DNA from: an uncultured Actinomycetota bacterium | Lineage (GTDB): Bacteria; Actinomycetota; Actinomycetes; Mycobacteriales; Nakamurellaceae | NCBI GenBank assembly: GCA_963706185.1 | Contig: CAVPLZ010000010.1 | Coordinates: 118,710 to 182,709, forward strand | Length of the DNA: 64,000 nt | Direction: 5' to 3' | In this document: positions 30,254-41,650 of the stretch, piece after piece | Layout: every line of letters starts with the position of its first letter | How positions within the stretch are numbered: the stretch's first letter is position 1 | The notes under the pieces: model-generated | What the model saw: the letters and a program-made list of their open reading frames with translations, nothing else | What the model was told of the DNA's origin: nothing | Databases searched by the model: none | Position numbers and translations under genes: made by a program

Positions 30254-30836
30254 TCCCTTTCCGATCCGTCACCGGCACCTGCGGCTCGACAGCCGCGGGT
30301 GTCGATGATGGGTGTGCGGAAAACGCCCGCAGCAGGTCGGCCGCTCGTAGGTCCGGCGACTGAGCGGGAACCTCGACGATGGTGAAGCCGTATTCGGCGT
30401 ACACCTCGCGGTGCATCTGACCGAATCGTTGCGCGTCTGCGTAGCCGATCCGGCGGACCGCGGTCGGGGTGACGAACCCCAGGGGCCGGAAGAACAGCAC
30501 CGTCGGCTCGAACCACCCCGCCGCCGCCGCGAGCTCCGACCACAATGCCGTCGGGACTGGCGCGCCCAGGTACCGGGCAAGCGCGAGCGTGCAGAACACC
30601 GACCGGTCGTGCAGCTGTCGTTCGGCGGTGGCCGCGACTCGCCGGGCGTGCTGCAGCGCGACGATGCGGTCCAGGAAGTCGGGCTGTACGTGCGGGACGA
30701 GCCCGACGTCGAGCAATTCCTGGTTGACGTCGGTGGCGGCCTCGGTGACCACCTCGATGTCGGTGTCGCGCATCAGGTCGAGCGCGGTGGTCTTCCCGCT
30801 CCCGGGTGCGCCGGTCACAATGATGCGTCTGGGCAT
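30240..30836 (-). CDS. AAA_28 / NadR-type P-loop ATPase
   Basis: [26 protein letters not shown]. Confidence 0.85.
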   Translation of the reverse strand: MPRRIIVTGAPGSGKTTALDLMRDTDIEVVTEAATDVNQELLDVGLVPHVQPDFLDRIVALQHARRVAATAERQLHDRSVFCTLALARYLGAPVPTALWSELAAAAGWFEPTVLFFRPLGFVTPTAVRRIGYADAQRFGQMHREVYAEYGFTIVEVPAQSPDLRAADLLRAFSAHPSSTPAAVEPQVPVTDRKGTTQD

Positions 30837-30849
30837 GGGACTTCGGTAC

Positions 30850-32217
30850 CTAGCCGGAGCCGTCCGGGGTGTCGGATTCGGGTGCGTCCAGGTTCTCGGT
30901 CCTGCTCTCCGGATCGACCCTGATCACCTCGTGCGCCAGGTTCGACCAGGGTCGGCCGGTCCAGCTCGACGTGCCCTGACCGCTGACCGTCCAGGTGACG
31001 CCGGTCCGGCGGCTGCGGGGGTCCTTGGTCCGGTACATCGCCCCGTCGGCCAGCGCGATCAGCTCGACCGGGTCGAACTCGCCGCCGGCGGTGTGCGCGA
31101 CCCCGACCGAGCCGCCGACGTTCAGCTCCAGGCCGGCCAGCCGGTACGGCGCCGACAGGGCGGCCGTGATGGTGGCGACCAGGGCGTCGGCCGCCTCCTG
31201 CGTCGTCCCGGGGGCCGGCAGCACGGCGAATTCGTCACCGCCGTACCGGGCGATCAAATCGCCCGGTCGGGCGGCGTCGCCGAGTCGATCCGCCACCGCC
31301 ACCAGCACCGCGTCGCCGAGCGGGTGACCGTGCGTGTCGTTCACCGACTTGAACCTGTCGAGGTCGACGAGCAACAACGAGACCGTGCCGTGCCGGCGGA
31401 TCGCCCGGAGCTGTCGGGCCAGCGTCTCCAGCAGCACCGTGCGGTTGGCCAGCCCGGTCAACGCGTCGGTGCGGGCCTGATCGGTGCGCGCGGTCAGCAC
31501 GTGCACCCCGTGATGCACGGCGAGCAACACCGGGAGCAGCACCGGCAGCACGACCGGCGCGTTCATCGCGACGACCGCGACCAGCGGGGCGACCATGGTC
31601 GGGGCGCCCCACGGAAATGCCGTGACCAGCCAGTCCTGCAGTTCGGCACGCAACGACGTCCCGCACAGGGTGGCCAGGCCCGACGACGTCACCAGGGCAT
31701 TGACCGCCTCGATGAGCACGGCCGACAGCAGCCCGATGCCCAACAGGCCGGCGGCCGTGGTGGGCACCTCGGGTCCGTTCCCGGGCACCAGGGCGATCTG
31801 CACACCCGCAGCCACCAGACCCTGCAGCCCCCACAGCGCCATGTTGAGCACGGTGCGCCACAACCGCACCACCGTCCGGAACCCGACCACGCACAGGCCG
31901 CTGAGCAGGAACAGGTACGCCGCCTGCGGCCCGTAGGCGAGCACCGCGGCCAGGGTCAGCGGCGCCGACCAGATGATCGAGGTCGGAGTGCCGCGCATCC
32001 ACGGGGCGAGCGGATACAGGTCGGAGAGCAGCACGAGCCCGACCAGGACGAGGAACCCCGGCTCGGTGATCAGCACCGAGACATGCGTGCCCGGATGGCC
32101 GATCGCCAGCGCGCCGTAGCCGAGCACCATGGCCACCAGCGCACCGGCGAAGAAGACCTTGAACGACCCGGGCGTCGTCCGCAGCGGCTGGGCCAGCAGA
32201 TTGTCGCGGGCGGTCAC
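30850..32217 (-). CDS. Membrane-bound diguanylate cyclase
   Basis: Multiple TMs, DALTGLANR, DLDRFKSVNDTHGH..GD, RxxD I-site (RPGD) and YGGDEF; GAAGGGG RBS before GTG. Confidence 0.92.
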   Translation of the reverse strand: MTARDNLLAQPLRTTPGSFKVFFAGALVAMVLGYGALAIGHPGTHVSVLITEPGFLVLVGLVLLSDLYPLAPWMRGTPTSIIWSAPLTLAAVLAYGPQAAYLFLLSGLCVVGFRTVVRLWRTVLNMALWGLQGLVAAGVQIALVPGNGPEVPTTAAGLLGIGLLSAVLIEAVNALVTSSGLATLCGTSLRAELQDWLVTAFPWGAPTMVAPLVAVVAMNAPVVLPVLLPVLLAVHHGVHVLTARTDQARTDALTGLANRTVLLETLARQLRAIRRHGTVSLLLVDLDRFKSVNDTHGHPLGDAVLVAVADRLGDAARPGDLIARYGGDEFAVLPAPGTTQEAADALVATITAALSAPYRLAGLELNVGGSVGVAHTAGGEFDPVELIALADGAMYRTKDPRSRRTGVTWTVSGQGTSSWTGRPWSNLAHEVIRVDPESRTENLDAPESDTPDGSG

Positions 32218-32387
32218 CTGGCTGGTCCCCTTCGGCGTTAGTGACTCTGAGTAGTGAGAATGATACCGCCGGTTCGCCAACTGTGCCGAAAATCGCCCTG
32301 ATCCCTCCGTTCGGGCAGGTGATCCCCCATTCGGACGACACCCGTTGGCCCATCCGCGCTCATCCTTGGCCGCTGTGGCAGGGTCGG

Positions 32388-34082
32388 ATGATGAATCCGG
32401 GCATCTCCGACCGTGCGCAGGGATCCGAGTCGGCCGACGTGCTGGTGATCGGGGCCGGCCTGGCCGGCCTGGTCGCCGCCGCTGAGGCCGCCGACGCCGG
32501 TCGATCCGTGCTGGTCCTCGATCAGGAGCCGGGCGCCTCGCTCGGCGGCCAGGCATTCTGGTCCCTCGGCGGGCTGTTCCTGGTGGACAGCCCGGAGCAG
32601 CGGCGCCTCGGCATCAAGGACTCCCTGGAACTGGCTACCGATGACTGGTTCGGCTCGGCCGGTTTCGATCGCCCCGAGGACCACTGGCCTCGGGCCTGGG
32701 CGACCGCGTACCTCGACTGGGCGGCCGGCGAGAAGCGGGCCTGGCTGCGGGAGCAGGGCATCGGCCTGTTCCCCGTCGTGCAGTGGGCCGAACGCGGCGG
32801 CTATCAGGCCGGTGGTCACGGCAACTCGGTTCCGCGCTTCCACATGACCTGGGGCACCGGTCCCGGCGTGGTGACGCCGTTCGTCCGCCGGGTGATGACG
32901 CACGTACGGGACGGCCGGGTCCGACTGCGTTACCGGCACCGGGTGACCGGGTTGACCGTGTCCGACGGTCGGGTCATCGGCGCGAGCGGCGAGGTGCTGG
33001 AGCCGTCGTCGGTGCAGCGCGGGGAACCGTCGTCCCGGGCGGTGGTCGGCGACTTCGCGATGACCGGCGCGGTGGTCCTGACCTCCGGTGGTATCGGCGC
33101 GAACCACGACCTGGTCCGGGCGACCTGGCCGTCGGGATACGGCGACCCCCCGAAGAACATGGTGGCCGGTGTGCCCGACTCCACCGACGGGTTGATGCTC
33201 GGGGTGGCGCAGCGGGCCGGCGCCCGGCTGATCAACCCCGACCGGTTCTGGCACTACCCCGAGGGCATCGTCAACCACTCCCCCGTGTGGACGAACCACG
33301 GGATCCGGATCCTGTCCGGACCGACCCCGCTGTGGCTCGATGCCACCGGCGCCCGGCTGCCCAGCCCGTTGTTCCCCGGCTTCGACGCGCTGGGGGCGCT
33401 CCGGCACATCACCTCGTCCGGCCACGACCATTCCTGGTTCCTGCTCAACCACCGCACCATCGGCCGTGAGTTCAGCCTGTCCGGCTCCGAACAGAATCCG
33501 GACATGACCGGCAGGTCGATCGCCGCCGTGATCAAGTCCCGGCGCGGCGGCGGCCCGACGCCTCCGGTGCAGGCATTCCTCGATCGAGGCGAGGACTTCG
33601 TCACCGCCGACACCCTGAGCTCACTGGTCGAGAAGATGAACGCGCTGACCGGCGACTCGCCGCACATCGACGCGGTTGACCTCGAGCGGATCGTGCGGCT
33701 GCGGGACCGGCAGATCGGCACCGAGCTCGGCAAGGATCCGCAACTGATCGCCACCTGGGCGGCCCGCCGCTACTTCGGTGACCGGAAGATGCGCACAGTC
33801 GAGCCGCACGAGCTGCTCGACCCGGCAGCCGGCCCGCTGATCGCCGTGCGGCTGCACATCCTGACCCGTAAGACCCTCGGCGGCCTGGAAACCGACCTGG
33901 CCGGCCGCGCCCTGACCGCGGACGGGAGCGTGCTGCCGGGGCTGTACGTGGCGGGCGAGGCGTCGGGTTTCGGCGGCGGTGGCATGCACGGCTATCGGGC
34001 GCTGGAGGGCACCTTCCTGGGCGGTTGCCTGTTCTCCGGACGCACCGCCGGGCGCGCGGTCGCGGCCGAGGTCGCGGGCTGA
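32388..34082 (+). CDS. FAD-binding dehydrogenase (FAD_binding_2, KsdD-like putative family)
   Basis: VIGAGLAGL, GGQAFWSLGGLF, GHGNSVPRFH.TWGTG, RKTLGGL, LEGTFLGGCLFSGR. Confidence 0.9.
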   Translation: MMNPGISDRAQGSESADVLVIGAGLAGLVAAAEAADAGRSVLVLDQEPGASLGGQAFWSLGGLFLVDSPEQRRLGIKDSLELATDDWFGSAGFDRPEDHWPRAWATAYLDWAAGEKRAWLREQGIGLFPVVQWAERGGYQAGGHGNSVPRFHMTWGTGPGVVTPFVRRVMTHVRDGRVRLRYRHRVTGLTVSDGRVIGASGEVLEPSSVQRGEPSSRAVVGDFAMTGAVVLTSGGIGANHDLVRATWPSGYGDPPKNMVAGVPDSTDGLMLGVAQRAGARLINPDRFWHYPEGIVNHSPVWTNHGIRILSGPTPLWLDATGARLPSPLFPGFDALGALRHITSSGHDHSWFLLNHRTIGREFSLSGSEQNPDMTGRSIAAVIKSRRGGGPTPPVQAFLDRGEDFVTADTLSSLVEKMNALTGDSPHIDAVDLERIVRLRDRQIGTELGKDPQLIATWAARRYFGDRKMRTVEPHELLDPAAGPLIAVRLHILTRKTLGGLETDLAGRALTADGSVLPGLYVAGEASGFGGGGMHGYRALEGTFLGGCLFSGRTAGRAVAAEVAG

Positions 34083-34305
34083 ACAGGGCGTTCGCCCGCT
34101 CGTCGGCGGTCCGTTGCCAAAGGTTCACATAACGACTCCGTATCGATGGGCAACGTCTGACCCTCCTGCCGACGTATAACCATTCGAGTGGGTTTGCCGC
34201 CTGCCGGGACGTCGGTGCGTGACTTCGCGCCGAGCGCCGCGGGGAGGCCGGTGACCCGCCGGCCGCGGTCACTTTCGCCGCGGACGACGACTGGGGGTCA
34301 CCGCA

Positions 34306-35451
34306 ATGCCGGACCGGAGTTCGACCGCTACCTCTGCGCGCGGCAGGTCCGGGTTGGCGGCCCTGCGCGCCACCTCCCAGCCGATGAGCGCGGTCGACCT
34401 GTTCGACGACGAGGATCCCCTGTTCCCGGCCGCCCCCGCGCCCTTCTGCGGCATCCGACTGCCCGACGCCCGCACCCTGGCCTGGGCCGAGTACGGCAAT
34501 CCGCGCGGGGTGCCGTGCCTGGTCATCCCGGACGCCGGCTCGTCCCGGCTCGCGCCGACCTGGCTGCTGCACGACGCCGCCGTGCCGGCACCCATCCGAC
34601 TGCTCGCCGTCGACCGCCCGGGAGTCGGCGCGTCCGACCCGATGGGCATCGGCGGCCGCGAGGACCTGGCCGACGACCTGCTGCACATGGTCCAGACGCT
34701 TGCCGTCGGCCGGGTCGCCGTCATCGGGCTCGGCCACGGCGTGGACGACGCGCTGGCCTTCGCCGACCGGCACCCCGGACTGGTCACCGCGGTGATCGGG
34801 GTGTCGGCCCGGACCGCTGCGGTGATTCCCGAGCAGCCCGGCACCCGCCGGCTGCTGCCCCACCGGGCCCACCCCTGGGACGGCCCGTTGCTGGACTGGG
34901 CCCGCGCCGCCGGCCGCGCCGACCTGACCAGGGAGCTGACCTGGCGCCGGGCCCTCGACCGGATGTCGACGGATGCTTCGGACGCGCTGGGCGAACGCTG
35001 GCGGGAGCCGGACTTCCGCACCGCGGTGGCCGCCGACCTCGCGCTCGGCGTCCCGGACCGGGATCGCCGCAGCCGGCCGTCGGGGCGCGAACCGTGGTGG
35101 ACCCGGCGGTGGTCGGCGACGGTGCCGGTGCACCTGTGGCACGGCCGCCAGGAGTGGGCCACCCACGTGTCGGCAATCCGGGCGGTGGCCGACCACCGCG
35201 CCGGCTGGGATGTACTCGTCGTTCCGGGCTGCAGCGCCCTCCTCGGTTTCTGGCCCGAACTCTTTCTGCAGGCCCACCAGTCCTTCTTGACCGGGAATCC
35301 TTACAGCGACGGCAGGTTCCGGCGACGGCCAGGAATTCGTCCCGGCCTGAGCCGCGCGGGTCAGGCCGCGGTGGCGGCCCGGATCGACAGTACGTCGGGC
35401 AGGTTCGCGGCGATCTCGGTGAAACTGTCCCCGCCGTCCCGGCTGGCGTAG
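34306..35451 (+). CDS. Alpha/beta-hydrolase-fold protein lacking the nucleophile Ser; true end possibly about 35290
   Basis: LPDARTLAWAEYGNPRG.P, DRPGVGASDP, GLGHG in place of GxSxG, VHLWHG. Confidence 0.7.
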   Translation: MPDRSSTATSARGRSGLAALRATSQPMSAVDLFDDEDPLFPAAPAPFCGIRLPDARTLAWAEYGNPRGVPCLVIPDAGSSRLAPTWLLHDAAVPAPIRLLAVDRPGVGASDPMGIGGREDLADDLLHMVQTLAVGRVAVIGLGHGVDDALAFADRHPGLVTAVIGVSARTAAVIPEQPGTRRLLPHRAHPWDGPLLDWARAAGRADLTRELTWRRALDRMSTDASDALGERWREPDFRTAVAADLALGVPDRDRRSRPSGREPWWTRRWSATVPVHLWHGRQEWATHVSAIRAVADHRAGWDVLVVPGCSALLGFWPELFLQAHQSFLTGNPYSDGRFRRRPGIRPGLSRAGQAAVAARIDSTSGRFAAISVKLSPPSRLA

Positions 35452-36499
35452 ACGGTGCCCGAGCGGGTGCCGAAGTAGATGCCGGTCGGGTCGCCGGCGT
35501 CGACACAGGCCGCGTCGCGCATGACCGCTGAGTACATGCCGTCCTGTGGGAGTCCGTCGGTCAGCGCCTCCCAGGTGTCACCGGAGTCGGGCGAGCGCCA
35601 GACCTTCATCGCCCCGTCCGGCGGGAACCGTTCGACGTCGGCGACCAACGGGAAGACCAGTACCGTGCCGGGCCTGCGCGGGTCGGTCAGCACCGGGAAC
35701 CCGAACGTCGCCGGCAGGCCGGGTTCGATCGAATCCCAGTGCGCGCCACCGTCCTTCGTCCGGAATACCCCGCCGTGGTTCTGCGCGAACAGCAGGTCGG
35801 GATTGGCGGCGTCCCTGGCCACCTTGTGCACGCACTGGCCGAACTCGGGGTACTTCTTGCCCTCCGGGTTGAAGTCGGCCCTGATGCCGGTGGACCGCGG
35901 CGACCACGACCGGCCACCGTCGGTGGTCCGGTAGCACCCGCCGGTGGACATGGCGATGAGCACGTCGTCCGGATCATCGGGATGGGGCAGCACGGTGTGC
36001 ACCGCCTGGCCGCCGAACCCGGGTTCCCAGGTCTCGCGGTGCGGGTGGTCCCAGAGCGCGTCATTCATGGAGAACGTGACGCCCCAGTCGGTCGACCGGA
36101 ACACCGCGGACGGTTCGACGCCGGCCCACACCTCGCCCGGCTGGACGCCCGGGGTGATCTGCCAGACCCGTTTCAACGTGGTGCCGGTGCGTTCCGGGAA
36201 CCGGATGGCGTCCTCGGGCACGCCCTGCCAGCTGTGGCCCAGGTCGTCGGAGTGCAGCACCCTGGTGCCGTAGACGAAGTTCGTGCTCCCCGCAAAGAGT
36301 CTTGGGGTGACGTGAGCGCCGTCCCTATCGTGGCGGGCACCGTCGTCCGCGCCGCGCGGGTCGACCCCGACCGCGGCGACCTCCTCCATCGGTAGCTGGG
36401 GGCCCTCGCACCGACCACGTCTTCCGGTCGTCGTCGGATCGGCCGATCCACAGACCCTTGCGGGTTCCGATGAGCAGCACACATTCGGTCATCAGTCAC
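35361..36499 (-). CDS. BNR/Asp-box beta-propeller protein, N-terminal frameshifts
   Basis: Repeated S.D.G.(S/T)W boxes (SDDLGHSW, TTDGGRSW, TKDGGAHW, SPDSGDTW), GQCVHKV, QNHGGV. Confidence 0.85.
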
Positions 36500-36589
36500 C
36501 TCTGCGCGTTCTCGGGACTTCGGTGGTCACCTGGAAAGGACAACAGTGACACCGCCAACTCATCGGTGTCGAGCGCTACGTTGATTCCC

Positions 36590-37115
36590 GTGAGCACCGA
36601 CGACCGTGTATCCGGCGACGGGCTGGGCGGATCGAGGGTCCGGCTGCGACCGGTGCGCGACGAGGACCGCGACCGCCTCCTGGAAATCCGCAGCACGACC
36701 CAGGTCCGGCGGTGGTGGGGCACGCCGTACGACGACGAGGGCGACGGCGCAGACGACACAACGCACCGGTTCGTCGATCGAGTTCGAGGACCGGGTCGTC
36801 GGGTTGATCCAGTACGGCGAGGAACTCGACCACATGTACCGGCACGCCAACATCGACCTGTACCTGGATCCGTCGGTGCACGGTCGCGGCCTCGGGCAGG
36901 ACGCCGTGCGCACCCTGGCCCGCTACCTGCTGGACGTGCTCGGTCACCACCGGCTGGTCATCGACCCGGCCGCGGACAACGAGCCGGCGATCCGCTGCTA
37001 CACGGCGGTCGGATTCCGTCCGGTCGGCGTCATGCGTGCCTACGAGCGGGACCCCGAGGGCACCGGATGGCACGACGGCCTGCTGATGGACCTGCTGCGC
37101 GGGGACCTGCGCTGA
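36590..37115 (+). CDS. RimJ/AAC(6')-like GNAT acetyltransferase, frameshifted near 36777
   Basis: VRLRPV..V.RWWG, YRHANIDLYL, HGRGLG, HHRLVIDPAADNEPAIRCY..VGF. Confidence 0.85.
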
Positions 37116-37208
37116 ACGTCGGCTTGCGGCTGGCGGCCCGGTCGTCGGCTGGCTAGGTTCGCACAACCACGGTCGTCAGAGCGGCGACCGGGAAATTGGA
37201 GGTCCACC

Positions 37209-39099
<1,891 letters not shown>

Positions 39100-39271
39100 T
39101 CACCGGGGTGGGCTCGTTGTCCGCGTAGCGAACGACGGTTGGGCCGTTCGGGTGAAAATGGAGTGGGTTGCTCGGTGCCGAGCCGTCGTTTCGTTGCCGC
39201 GGGCAATGGTGCTGGGCGCAGTGCCTCGTGGCATTGCCGACGAGCCGACCCGTCACGGCTTCCTTCGGCGC

Positions 39272-40046
39272 TCAGGCCTGGGCGAAGCTGACCACGGTGC
39301 CGACGAACTCGTCCGGGCGGACCAGGTGCGGGTAGTGCCCGAGGTCCGCCCAGAGTTCGACGGTGGCACCGGGAACTCGCTGCTGCAGCCAGGCCGGGTA
39401 GTCCGGCCCCGGGTCCTGCCCGTGGATCGCCAGGTAGGGCGACGGGTCGGGGTGGCTGATCACCCGGTCGACGTGCGCCGCCAACTCGGGCTGGTCGAGG
39501 TCGAACAGCACGCCCCAGACGCCGAGCACCGACTCCTGCCGGACGTCGCGCAGCGCTCGCAGCCGGTCGGCCTCGGCGGGGTCGAGCGCGCCGTACATGC
39601 CCTCGAACAGGCCGATCATCACCTGCCCGCAGGCGTCGCTACGCAGCATCGGCTCCGCTCCGCGCACCATCTCCTGGAAGGCGGCCAAGTCCATCGACTG
39701 GTCGATGTTGACCACGCCGGCCGTCGGGTACTTCGCCGCGTAGGCCGTGGCCACCGCGCCACCAAGCGAATGCCCGACGACCAGTGGGGCGGGGCCGTCC
39801 GGCCAGGCCCGCTGGACGCTCTGCGCGACGTCGGCCGCCATCGTCTCCAGGTCGTACGGGCCGACGTTCGACGAGCCGCCGTGGCCGCGGAGATCCACTG
39901 CGAGCACGTCGAAGTGCTCGCCCAGCTTGCCGGTCAGCGGCGCCGAAGGCCGTGCGGTCCTCGGTGATGCCGTGGATCAACACGAGCGGGCTTCCGCTGC
40001 CGGTGCGCTCGTCGGCCAACGCGACGGGAGCGGTCGGGGTACTCAT
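39272..40046 (-). CDS. Alpha/beta hydrolase, frameshifted near 39940
   Basis: LVLIHG, DLRGHGGS, GHSLGG, GHYPH. Confidence 0.88.
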
Positions 40047-40210
40047 GCGCAGGAGTAGATCACGGTTGCTTCGAGCCCTGGACCCGGCTCCGCGGTCGGG
40101 GCCTGTAAGTCGGTAGGCACGGGATGTATCAAAAGCCGGTGGCCGGCCTCAGGGCGTGTTGTCAGATTCGCGCGGCCCGGGGAGCCGGGCCCGACCGATC
40201 CGGAGGATCA

Positions 40211-40990
40211 ATGGTCGACTTCTACGTCTCCGCGCCGGGTGAGACCGCACCGCCGATACCCGACGGCCCGCAGCTGTGCTCGGGCAGCGAGATGCGCATC
40301 CTGCACAACGTGTTCCTCTGGGCCTACGAGCAGGCGCCGATCCTGATCCGTGGCGTGCGCGCGGGCGACACCGCGCGCAGTGAGTTCGTCGGCCAGTGGA
40401 TCGCCGACATCGACGCCACTTTGCACGTGCACCACCAGAGTGAGGACGAGCTGCTCTGGGAGAAGCTGGAGCAGCGGGCGCCGGCCTGTGCCCTGCACGT
40501 CGGACAGATGCGCGCGCACCACGCGCAGGTGCAAACGCTGCTGGACGAGGCCGGGCCGCTGCTGGCGTCGTGGCGGGAATCGGCCGATCCGGAGACCGGG
40601 GAACGCTTGGCGGACGCCTACGAACGGATGCTCGCCGTGCTGCGGGTCCACCTGCGGCGCGAGGTCGTGGAGATCATCCCGGTCGCCGAGAAGGTCTTGA
40701 GTCAGCCCGAATGGGAGTCGCTGGGCAAACACAGCATGGGCGCCATCCCGAAGTCACGGCTGCTGCCACAGCTGGGCTACCTGCTCGCGAACTCCTCGCC
40801 GGAGGAGGCGACCACCTTCTTTGCGTCGGTGCCGCCGCCGATCCGCCTGCTCTACCGGTTCGTCGGGCGGCGCCAGTTCGAGAAGCAGTACCGCACATTG
40901 TTTCCCGGTGAGCCGGTGCCGCAGCACGGGCTGAGTCCGACCTGCGCCATGAGAACCGCTGGAGGGTGCAGGCGGTGCTCGCACACGTAG
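40211..40990 (+). CDS. Hemerythrin-like domain protein; C-terminus uncertain
   Basis: ILHNVF, HVHHQSEDELLW, MRAHH, HLRRE; GGAGG RBS. Confidence 0.85.
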   Translation: MVDFYVSAPGETAPPIPDGPQLCSGSEMRILHNVFLWAYEQAPILIRGVRAGDTARSEFVGQWIADIDATLHVHHQSEDELLWEKLEQRAPACALHVGQMRAHHAQVQTLLDEAGPLLASWRESADPETGERLADAYERMLAVLRVHLRREVVEIIPVAEKVLSQPEWESLGKHSMGAIPKSRLLPQLGYLLANSSPEEATTFFASVPPPIRLLYRFVGRRQFEKQYRTLFPGEPVPQHGLSPTCAMRTAGGCRRCSHT

Positions 40991-41174
40991 CCTGTCGGTC
41001 AGCTGGCGGCCGCAGGTCACGCACGGGGTTGCCCCAGCAATCGAGGGCGAAGCCCGATCTTCGCGGTCGGCCTACATGCCGGTGCACTGCCGTCGTGCTG
41101 CGCCAGGTGCGCAGCGACTGCTCCAAACTGGGGCCGACATCCGCGGACGTTGCCCGCTGCCGCCTGCGGTCGCA

Positions 41175-41650
41175 ACCCACGTCGGACACGGCTCGCGTTG
41201 CCGGCATGGGACAGGCAGCCTCGCGTACGGCCGTCGCTGCGCCGACACTCATGTCGGACCCACTGTCGGTACCCGGACTAGCGTCGTCGACGGGGATCGA
41301 GCACCGCGGCCGCGGCGGAGCCGCTCGGCCGACACTTATCGGGCCCAATGTCGATACGGTCTATCGTCGTCGGCAGCGGATCGAGGCCACTGCGGACGGG
41401 CTGCTGCGCGAATCGACGTGTACCCACTGTCGGTACCCGGGTCTAGCGTTGTCAGTATGGGGAAGAACAGCCACCAGCGCGGTGGAGCTGCTGCGACGAC
41501 ACGGTTGTCTTACCCACTGTCGGTACCCGGGTCTAGCGTTGTCGGCTGTGGGGAACCGACGGCGGCTGCACCCGCGGACCGCTGCGACGAAACGCTTGTC
41601 GGACCCACTGTCGGTACCCGGGTCTAGCGTTTCGGGTAGGGGGTGAGGGC
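41175..41650 (+). repeat. Tandem array of about six 79-91 bp units: conserved core with PafBC-type promoter plus unique 21-25 nt segments
   Basis: ACCCACTGTCGGTACCCGGGTCTAGCGTT identical at 41422, 41512 and 41603; near-copy at 41258; decayed copies at 41175 and 41343. Confidence 0.88.

Noticed and set aside
34090-34200. Lower-GC intergenic patch as a possible sRNA
   Set aside because: Only promoter-like pieces are visible (TCACA half-site, TATAAC); no convincing structure or terminator.
41175-41650. Canonical CRISPR array
   Set aside because: The repeat is about 65 nt with an embedded promoter, inserts are only 21-25 nt, there is no AT-rich leader and no cas gene in the window. Reported as a non-canonical array instead.
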